Assembly (NCBI GenBank): GCA_030141605.1
Contig: JAQGDQ010000347.1
Location: 1 to 59,491 of the forward strand
DNA: 59,491 nt
Source of the DNA: Tubiluchus corallicola
Taxonomy: Eukaryota > Animalia > Priapulida
Reading direction: 5' to 3'
Under the pieces are notes generated by a model. That model was not told the DNA's origin and searched no databases. It saw nothing but the letters and a program-made list of their open reading frames with translations. A program made the translations under genes and the position numbers. This document shows, in pieces, positions 52,082 through 59,491 of the stretch (its first letter is position 1; each line of letters opens with the position of its first letter).

Positions 52082-53179
52082 ATGAAAAAACTTATTCTAA
52101 TACCTGTTATACTCTTATTACTAGCCGGATGTTCAAAAAAAGTACCATCCTATTTGCAGAACTATAAAAAAGAGTACAGGGAGAACCCAAAAGCTGCAAA
52201 CCTGCAATGGTTTAAAGATGCGCAATATGGGCTGTTCATCCACTATGGCCTATACAGTATTTTAGAAAAAGGAGAATGGGTTCAATTAAGAGACACTATT
52301 CCTGTGGCGGAATATGCAAAACTAAAAGACAGATTTACTGCTGAAAACTTCAATGCCGATAAAATAACAGATATCGCAATTGATGCCGGGATGAAGTATA
52401 TAACAATCACTACAAAACACCATGATGGCTTCTGCCTGTTTGATACAAAAGCAACCGATTTCAATGTGTTAAACTCCCCCGCAAAGAGAGATCTAATAAA
52501 AGAGCTTTACGATGCCTGTAGACGAAAAGGGCTTGGACTATTTTTGTACTACTCTTATGGAGCTGACTGGAAGCACCCCTACTTTTATTCAAGAGAAAAG
52601 GGCTGGGCTAGTGGAAGGCCTGCATACACTGAGCCCCAACCCGAGTATAAATTCAAAAAAGATGAAGACTTTGAAATCTATATTGACTTTGTTCATCAAC
52701 AACTAAAAGAGCTGCTAAACCAATACCCCGACATTGCAGGAATATGGTTTGACCCTATCATGGGCTACTATGCACGTCCCAGCCTATTCCCTATTGACTC
52801 GACCTATGCTCTGATACGAAGCATGTCCCCTCACGCTTTGATATCTTTTAAACAAGGAGCAAATGGTGATGAAGATTTTATGGCACCAGAAAGAGGTGGG
52901 AATGCAAAGGTTGGACAGCAATTTGAAATAGCAAAAACAGTATACAAAAAAAATGAGGGTAAACCACGCGAAATATGCAACACATTACAACCTCACGCGT
53001 GGGGGTACAGTAAAAAACACGATGGGAATCATAAAACGGCCGATGATATAATTAAAATGCTAGAAAATGCTAGAAAAATAAATGCAAACCTACTTCTAAA
53101 TGTCGGGCCAAAAGCTGACGGCTCTTTCCCTGAAGAGGACATAAAAGCACTAAAAGAAGCAGGCAAAAGAATTAAATAA
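52082..53179 (+). CDS. GH29 alpha-L-fucosidase lipoprotein
   Basis: LAGC lipobox, GLFIHYGLYS, TTKHHDGFCLF, GIWFD, NLLLNVGP. Confidence 0.9.
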   Translation: MKKLILIPVILLLLAGCSKKVPSYLQNYKKEYRENPKAANLQWFKDAQYGLFIHYGLYSILEKGEWVQLRDTIPVAEYAKLKDRFTAENFNADKITDIAIDAGMKYITITTKHHDGFCLFDTKATDFNVLNSPAKRDLIKELYDACRRKGLGLFLYYSYGADWKHPYFYSREKGWASGRPAYTEPQPEYKFKKDEDFEIYIDFVHQQLKELLNQYPDIAGIWFDPIMGYYARPSLFPIDSTYALIRSMSPHALISFKQGANGDEDFMAPERGGNAKVGQQFEIAKTVYKKNEGKPREICNTLQPHAWGYSKKHDGNHKTADDIIKMLENARKINANLLLNVGPKADGSFPEEDIKALKEAGKRIK

Positions 53180-53416
53180 AGGGACGAAGCCTTCGCGTGA
53201 CAAAAGGGCTTATCAGATTATTAAGGGAAAGTTTGAAAGAAAACCCACTTTAGCCGGGAAATAAAATAATACGGGTGTCTCCTACTTTGGATTGACACTA
53301 AATTAGATAATCTATTGCGACAGGCTTAAACCATCCGTTCTGCACAAAGACACCTCTCTTCACACGCATAAAGAGAACGCCTGTTATAAGGCCTTTTTAA
53401 ACTTATTGCGCTCCCC

Positions 53417-53497
53417 TGCTTCTTTGTATTACACAGACAAAGAAGCAATGGCGGGCTTTATACTTGCTCAAAGAGTGTACTTAAAGCCCGCTATTGC
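53417..53497. terminator. Two adjacent hairpins between convergent fucosidase genes
   Basis: tgcttctttgt/acaaagaagca (53417-53447) and gcaatggcgggcttta/taaagcccgctattgc (53445-53497). Confidence 0.6.
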
Positions 53498-53519
53498 CAC
53501 TTGCTTTTCAAAACCTCAA

Positions 53520-54995
53520 CTATTGAGCAACCTTAGAAACCTTTAATACCCAGGCATAGTTACATGGAGGATTATTTTGTAGCTCATGTGGTATAGACAC
53601 AACAAAACTATCTCCCTTCCTATTCCATTTAAGTTTTTTACTACTACCAAGCATTTTTATCTTTGCACCCCTCGCAGGCTTTAATGACTGAATACTAATT
53701 TCAGTTGGCATCCTCTCCCCCTCTTCAGCCATATAAATAAAATAAACGCTACCATCTGGTCTTTGGGTCATGCAAATATTATTCTCCTTAAATGGATAAA
53801 TCGGCTGAGTATTGTAAATGGCTTCACTATTTACTGCCATCCATTCTCCATACTCTTCAAGCAGCTTATAAGCTCCTTCCTGCCATTTACCTTCCGGACT
53901 CGGTGCAACATTCAACAGAAGGTTACCCCCTTTAGCAACAATATCCACCAGAGTGTGAACACCCTGCCTGCCACTCATATATTTAGCATTGGGGTTAAAA
54001 GACCAGCCACCACCTGAAATAATGCATGACTCCCACGGATAAGGAAGCGTCTTCTCAGGAACTCTGTTTTCGGGTGTAAGGTAATTCTGATTCTTACCAT
54101 ATACCGCGCGGTCAACTACTATAAGGCCAGGCTGCTTTACCCTGATCTTTTCCACCAGCTCATCCATACGAATATCCTGGTTTACTCTCCGCCTCTTTAT
54201 AAAACCACTCTTACTTTCTTTAGCCTCTTCATAATGCCTATGAAGCCTCTCTTCTGGCACCTTTGCTACCCATCCACCATCCAACCACAAAATATCCATA
54301 TCCCCATAATCGGTCATTAACTCATCTATCTGATTATGCGTAAACTGAACAAACGCTTCCCACTTATCAGGATACTCATCAGGATCATAGTTCACATTTC
54401 TGTCCAGAGGGGGGAAGTATGGATCCCAATACGATGGATGATTCCAGTCCGGCTTGGAAAAATAGACCCCTGTCCATAGCCCCTCCGCCCTGAAAGCATC
54501 AAACACCTCTTTTGCTATATTGGCTTTTTCATTCTTATGAAAGGGGCAGTCGTTCGATGTCACTTTATAATCAGTGTACTTGCTGTCAAACATACAAAAC
54601 CCATCATGATGCTTGGTTGTAAAAACAACATACTTCATACCTGCATTCTTAGCAGCATCAGCCCACTTATTAGGATCAAAATGAACCGGATTAAAAGTTT
54701 TTCGTAAATCCTCATACTCCCTCTTATACGCAAAATAGTTGTCGGGATTTTCCCCTTTTCTTCGCTTGCACCAACCATAATCCTCAGGACACAACGACCA
54801 GGACTCCACAATGCCCCATTGGCTATATGTTCCCCAATGCATTAAAAGTCCAAACTTAATATCTTGCCAATCTTTCAGTTTTTCAACCACCAGAGGGTCA
54901 GTCTCCGGCACATAACGCTCATCCTCGTATATGGCCTGAGAAAAAATATTTACCGTGTAAAAACCTAGTAATAATAATAAAGCTGTCTTTTTCAT
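53520..54995 (-). CDS. GH29 alpha-L-fucosidase
   Basis: KFGLLMHWG, TTKHHDGFCMF, DILWLDGG, GGNLLLNV. Confidence 0.92.
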   Translation of the reverse strand: MKKTALLLLLGFYTVNIFSQAIYEDERYVPETDPLVVEKLKDWQDIKFGLLMHWGTYSQWGIVESWSLCPEDYGWCKRRKGENPDNYFAYKREYEDLRKTFNPVHFDPNKWADAAKNAGMKYVVFTTKHHDGFCMFDSKYTDYKVTSNDCPFHKNEKANIAKEVFDAFRAEGLWTGVYFSKPDWNHPSYWDPYFPPLDRNVNYDPDEYPDKWEAFVQFTHNQIDELMTDYGDMDILWLDGGWVAKVPEERLHRHYEEAKESKSGFIKRRRVNQDIRMDELVEKIRVKQPGLIVVDRAVYGKNQNYLTPENRVPEKTLPYPWESCIISGGGWSFNPNAKYMSGRQGVHTLVDIVAKGGNLLLNVAPSPEGKWQEGAYKLLEEYGEWMAVNSEAIYNTQPIYPFKENNICMTQRPDGSVYFIYMAEEGERMPTEISIQSLKPARGAKIKMLGSSKKLKWNRKGDSFVVSIPHELQNNPPCNYAWVLKVSKVAQ

Positions 54996-55115
54996 TAATT
55001 TAAATATTGTTATAAATAATAAATACCTAGTCGCCTGCTATCAATTTGCTGACAACCTTCCTCGACCATAAAAATAGCTATTTAAAACTTGAACACAATT
55101 AATACAGCTTGAAGT

Positions 55116-55236
55116 CTTTGCAAAACTCATCCTTTTAATTAACATTCCTATCAAAATTTTCATTTTTACCTGCAAACAAACATTTATTATCAAGCTTTTC
55201 ACCAGCCTGAATCAATATTTTGCACCCTGCAAAAAA
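55116..55236. repeat. Dispersed ~120-bp degenerate intergenic repeat, copy 2
   Basis: Aligns with 39165-39284. Confidence 0.7.
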
Positions 55237-55565
55237 CCACCCCTTTGAACAGCCTGTTTCCCTTTTTATTAAAAGTATACTCAGGCACTCTAGCAGCTTT
55301 CTCTCTATTTTGGAAAACTCTCATTTTAGAATTATATTTGTGATATGCTGTACAGTGGTAAATGCAGCTTCAACTTCAGAAGGCGCGGACTTCCTAATGC
55401 TTAAACAACTAATAGTGAGGACGCCCGCAACAATTTAAATAGGGGAAATAAAAATATAATTACTCACAAAAGCTCTGCTACCAATTTGTACTTCTGAAGC
55501 TAACCGCTTTTGGACACACACAAATAAATGATTACTTTGACAATAGAAAATTAAATTATAAACAG

Positions 55566-56480
55566 ATGAAAAGGAGAAACTTTATTAGAACAAGTGTAGG
55601 AGCAGGAGTGGCAACAAGTACAGCCCTAACATTTGGAGGAGCGAAAAATATCTTTGCTAAAAGCGCTGATAGCAACTACGACCTAGTGGCTGTTCGCGGT
55701 GGTGAGCCGGATGTGATGTTTGATAAAGGAATCGCTTCGCTTGGGGGCATGGAGAAATTTGTAAAAAAAGGAGATAAAGTACTACTTAAGCCCAATATTG
55801 GATGGGACAGAATCCCTGAAAGGGGAGGCAATACTCACCCTTTACTGGTAAAAAGGGTTACAGAGCACTGCTTTCAGGCTGGAGCCAAAGAGGTACTTGT
55901 TTTTGACCACACATGCCATGAGTGGACGAAGTGCTATAAAAACTCCGGGATTGAAAGCGCTGTTAAAAAAGCAGGAGGGAAGATTGTGCCAGGCAATGAT
56001 GAGAAGATGTATCGAAAAGTTGAAATAAAGAGTGGTAAGCGGCTCAAAGAGATCTCTGTCCATGAATTGGTACTTGATAGTGATGTATTTATCAATATTC
56101 CCATACTAAAACACCATAGCTCTACTAAATTAACTATAGCTATGAAAAACCTTATGGGATGTGTATGGGATCGTGGCTTCTACCATAAAAATGACTTACA
56201 CCAGTGTATCACAGACTTTCTTAATCTGCGAAAACCTGACCTGAATATCATTGATGCCTATTATGTTATGACTCAAAATGGACCAATGGGCGTATCGCTT
56301 GATGATATTGTAAACATGAAAACACAGGTAATATCTGCAGATATCGTTGCAGCAGATGCTGCTGCTGCGAAGTTTTTCGGTATGGAACCGGAAGAGGTGG
56401 GGCACATTAAAAGTGGTAATGACGAAGGCTTTGGAACCATGGATATGAATAAGTTGAAAATCAATCGGATTAATATATAG
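55566..56480 (+). CDS. DUF362-domain protein with Tat signal
   Basis: KRRNF twin-arginine signal; KVLLKPN, INIPILKHH, MKNLMG. Confidence 0.87.
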   Translation: MKRRNFIRTSVGAGVATSTALTFGGAKNIFAKSADSNYDLVAVRGGEPDVMFDKGIASLGGMEKFVKKGDKVLLKPNIGWDRIPERGGNTHPLLVKRVTEHCFQAGAKEVLVFDHTCHEWTKCYKNSGIESAVKKAGGKIVPGNDEKMYRKVEIKSGKRLKEISVHELVLDSDVFINIPILKHHSSTKLTIAMKNLMGCVWDRGFYHKNDLHQCITDFLNLRKPDLNIIDAYYVMTQNGPMGVSLDDIVNMKTQVISADIVAADAAAAKFFGMEPEEVGHIKSGNDEGFGTMDMNKLKINRINI

Positions 56481-56492
56481 ATTGCGTTCAAC

Positions 56493-58106
56493 ATGAAGCC
56501 ATCGCTACTTAAAAAACTCAGGGTTATCTTAGCCCTGTTGTTTTTTGCACCCATTACATTTTTATTTATTGACTTAAGGGGTATACTGGACAAGCAGTTC
56601 TATGAATGGGCCGTTTATCTGCAATTTGTGCCTTCTATTTTGAAAAGCATTTCTGTTTTAGGTATACTGCACCTAGGTTTCATAGTAATACTGGTTTTGA
56701 CTCTGCTGCTTGGGAGGGTGTACTGTTCAACCATATGCCCCCTGGGAATATTACAGGATATTATATCCCAAATAGCAAAAAGAGTAAAAAAGGTACGCTA
56801 TAAATATCGAAAGACGTGGACAGCAACACGCTATTCCATTTTGGGCATAACAGTGTTAGCAGCGGTAATGGGAGGAATTACTTTCCTTTCTCTTCTTGAT
56901 CCGTATAGCCTGTTTGGCCGAACTGTATCATACCTGTTCAAACCTGTAGTTATCTGGCTAAACAATATTGGAGCAGAAGCTTTTATCTCAGCTGGAGTAT
57001 ACTCTGTTTTATATCGCTATGACTTGCAGCTAATCCATTGGGGAATAATGGCAATAACCCTTTTATCACTTACGGCAGTAGCACTCATGTCTTTCACTCG
57101 CGGAAGACTGTACTGCAATATGATATGTCCAGTAGGCACAGCTCTGGGGTTTTTATCCAAATTCTCTATACTAAAAATTGAATTAGATAAAGAGTTGTGT
57201 ACCCGATGTGGTAACTGTATGCGTGCTTGCAAATCAGAGTGCATTAACCTAAAACACAAAAAGGTGGACTATAGTCGTTGCGTTTTATGCTTCAACTGTA
57301 TTTCTGCATGCAAAGAGGGTGGAGCGCTGTATAGGATGAAGCAAAAACGCACAAGTGCAGAACTAAGTACAACAGATCTGAAAGTGGATACTACCGATTT
57401 AAAGAAAAGGAGCTTTATTGCTTTCTTGATATTAGGGATAGTCTCCCTTTGTGGAGGGGAAAAAGCGCTGGCACAGCATAGGAAAAGAGGTAAAGGTGGG
57501 AAGCACAACCACAGCTCCGCAAATAACCAAATGCTTCCTGAGAATAAGAATCACCCTGTATCTCCACCCGGCTCAGGAGGAATAGAGCGATTTAATAATA
57601 TTTGTACAGCATGCTCGCTGTGCGTCAGTGCATGTCCTACAAAGGTACTGAAGCCTGCTTTTAGTGAATACGGACTAATTGGGTTTATGCAGCCTCACAT
57701 GGATTTTGTCTCAGGACTGTGTAGCTTTGACTGCACTGTATGTGGTGACGTGTGCCCAACAGGGGCAATAAAGCCGCTGACAATGGAACAAAAACATATT
57801 ACGCAAGTAGGACAGGCTAAATTTGTAAAAGACAACTGTATCGTTGAAACTGACGGCACTGACTGTGGAGCGTGCTCTGAACACTGTCCAACAAAAGCTG
57901 TTGCAATGGTTCCTTATGGCGATCTATTTATTCCGGAAGTTACGACTGAAACTTGTGTTGGTTGCGGTGCCTGTGAACACGCATGCCCTCTGGATGCAGG
58001 CATAAAAGCGATATATGTTGACGGCAACTACGTGCATGCTGATGCTCAAAAGCCAAAAACAGAGAAAGCAAAAATAGATCTGGAAGACGACGAGTTCCCA
58101 TTTTGA
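56493..58106 (+). CDS. Membrane polyferredoxin (NapH/NapG-like 4Fe-4S protein)
   Basis: GRVYCSTICPLG, GRLYCNMICPVG and multiple CxxCxxCxxxCP motifs. Confidence 0.88.
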   Translation: MKPSLLKKLRVILALLFFAPITFLFIDLRGILDKQFYEWAVYLQFVPSILKSISVLGILHLGFIVILVLTLLLGRVYCSTICPLGILQDIISQIAKRVKKVRYKYRKTWTATRYSILGITVLAAVMGGITFLSLLDPYSLFGRTVSYLFKPVVIWLNNIGAEAFISAGVYSVLYRYDLQLIHWGIMAITLLSLTAVALMSFTRGRLYCNMICPVGTALGFLSKFSILKIELDKELCTRCGNCMRACKSECINLKHKKVDYSRCVLCFNCISACKEGGALYRMKQKRTSAELSTTDLKVDTTDLKKRSFIAFLILGIVSLCGGEKALAQHRKRGKGGKHNHSSANNQMLPENKNHPVSPPGSGGIERFNNICTACSLCVSACPTKVLKPAFSEYGLIGFMQPHMDFVSGLCSFDCTVCGDVCPTGAIKPLTMEQKHITQVGQAKFVKDNCIVETDGTDCGACSEHCPTKAVAMVPYGDLFIPEVTTETCVGCGACEHACPLDAGIKAIYVDGNYVHADAQKPKTEKAKIDLEDDEFPF

Positions 58107-58179
58107 CCTATTACTTAAGCACCCTGCTGCTATTTCCTAGAATTTTTTTTCAGCCTGAGTCATACCCTTTCTCCTCATC

Positions 58180-58340
58180 AAAAGCACTTACACGCTTGAC
58201 CTTGGGGCTCTTTTGCACTAAGACAAAATGAACGTAAAAAACACTTACAAACTTGATTTTTTTGGCTCTTTTACATCAAAACAAAATAGCATAAAGAAAA
58301 CCTTTACCAGCTTGACCTTTGCCTCTTCTGTTCCAAGAAT
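58180..58340. repeat. Three degenerate tandem units of about 57-59 bp
   Basis: aaa.c..ttac...cttga..tt.g.ctctt.t at about 58181, 58238 and 58297. Confidence 0.55.
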
Positions 58341-58519
58341 GCACTACTTCAAAAACAACTGTATAATCGTCAATATGAATCGTACACTTTTTTAAGTCTC
58401 CAGAGGACTTTATTGTATATCAGATCAAAATATACAAATAGTAAATTTTTATCTCAACAAAAATTGACCCTTAAAGGATGACCACTTCCTGCTCCCTCAG
58501 ATAGGTTAACTGCTACAAT

Positions 58520-58845
58520 CATTGCCAGACCTGAGGCAATATTTTCCTATTAAACTCCTTAAAATCAGATAGCAAGAATATAATAGCCATAATAAGCGGT
58601 CACGATTGTGAAGACCTCGAAAGATGGATGAAATTATGGAGGATAACAAAGTGGTGGAAGTAAAAACTGCCGGCATAAACAAAGGGATTTCTGTACTGAA
58701 TTTCCGCCAAAACAAAAACATGACTTTATTATGACCCTGAGTGATGACTGAGCAGATGAATACCTGATTCTCGAACTTCCTGGAAGTGCAATTACTACTA
58801 AAAAAACCGGCATTAAACACACTAGTGCTTATTACAGCCTTAAAC
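58520..58845 (+). pseudogene. Degraded trehalose-6-phosphate phosphatase (OtsB/HAD-IIB) domain remnant
   Basis: Hand translation across frames gives SDSKNIIAIISGHDCEDLERW, EIMEDNKVVEVKTAGINKG and DFIMTLSDD*ADEYLILELP. Confidence 0.7.
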
Positions 58846-58904
58846 TGGTAGATACAGCAAAGAAATTAAAAGATGGCAGGGTTGTACCTGTATGGCACGT
58901 ACCA

Positions 58905-59491
58905 TCAACGAAAGATTAGCTTTATCAACTTCTCTATCCTTTCAATTTGGGTTACCTTAATATTAAACCTTGAAAAATTATTGCCATTTTTGTATTTTGA
59001 AGTATATATCTCTTCGAAACCCAGCTTTTCAGCTTCCATGATTCGTTGATCTATCCTGCTTACAGGGCGAATCTCACCAGTTAACCCCACCTCACCGGCA
59101 AAACATATTTGCTTGTTAATAGCAACATCAAAATTAGATGAAAGAATAGCAGCAATAACAGACAAATCCATTGCTGGATCATCAACTCTCAAGCCACCCG
59201 CAATATTCAGAAACACATCTTTTGTCATCAGCCTAAAACCTGCCCTTTTTTCCAAAACAGCCAATAACATATTCATCCTACGCAGATCGAATCCGGTAGC
59301 CGAACGTTGGGGAGTTCCATAAACGGCAGAACTTACAAGCCCCTGGGTCTCAACCATGAACACTCTCATTCCCTCTACAGAGGAAGCGATAGACGTGCCA
59401 CTCAGCCCCTTATTATTATGAGAAAGTAGTATCTCCGACGGATTTGGCACCTCTCGCAGCCCATCCTGACACATTTCAAAAACACCCAACT
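58905..59491 (-). CDS. radA: DNA repair protein RadA/Sms, C-terminal part (continues beyond the window)
   Basis: GVFEM, VPNPSE, MLLAVLEKR, DVFLNIAGG, GEVGLTGEIRPV. Confidence 0.95.
   Translation of the reverse strand, partial: LGVFEMCQDGLREVPNPSEILLSHNNKGLSGTSIASSVEGMRVFMVETQGLVSSAVYGTPQRSATGFDLRRMNMLLAVLEKRAGFRLMTKDVFLNIAGGLRVDDPAMDLSVIAAILSSNFDVAINKQICFAGEVGLTGEIRPVSRIDQRIMEAEKLGFEEIYTSKYKNGNNFSRFNIKVTQIERIEKLIKLIFR

Noticed and set aside
58333-58348. 16-bp exact match (ccaagaatgcactact) to the IS1634 left sub-terminal region (54-69)
   Set aside because: No TIR or further similarity on either side; one 16-mer match somewhere in a 60-kb self-comparison is plausible by chance.
58506-58822. 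Minus-strand ORFs of 104 and 62 aa
   Set aside because: Antisense shadows of the plus-strand phosphatase pseudogene.
1466-59322. Numerous 60-200 aa ORFs antisense to or nested in larger genes
   Set aside because: They overlap well-supported CDSs and show no recognisable motifs; treated as shadow frames.

Overview
This AT-rich window comes from a Bacteroidota (probably Bacteroidales/Marinilabiliales-like) chromosome, judged by TAnnTTTG promoters and gene content. Positions 1-18.7 kb are a decayed integrative element at the 3' end of mnmE (tyrosine integrase, excisionase-type HTH genes). Next to it lie a 7-gene legionaminic-acid-type biosynthesis cluster and two nests of IS elements (IS1634, IS256, two IS3, an IS21-like miniature element). 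The rest is mostly chromosomal backbone: mnmE, fabG, a SpoIIE phosphatase, an SLC13 permease, a cobalamin-riboswitch-controlled B12 uptake operon, three GH29 fucosidases, a sulfatase, ispB, a TrmH-family methylase, DUF362/Fe-S genes and radA. The most striking signal is an IS1634-family element (1647 bp, TIR CCTGTTTTGTGCA) whose three full copies are each flanked by long, variable direct repeats: about 55 bp (27 bp visible on the left), 113 bp and about 1.55 kb. The largest repeat duplicated a whole outer-membrane beta-barrel gene with its promoter and terminator, and the two ORFs differ only by protein-changing, frame-preserving mutations. The IS ends also read outward in frame into the genes they interrupt. 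All product calls come from motif recognition by eye; no database searches were run.
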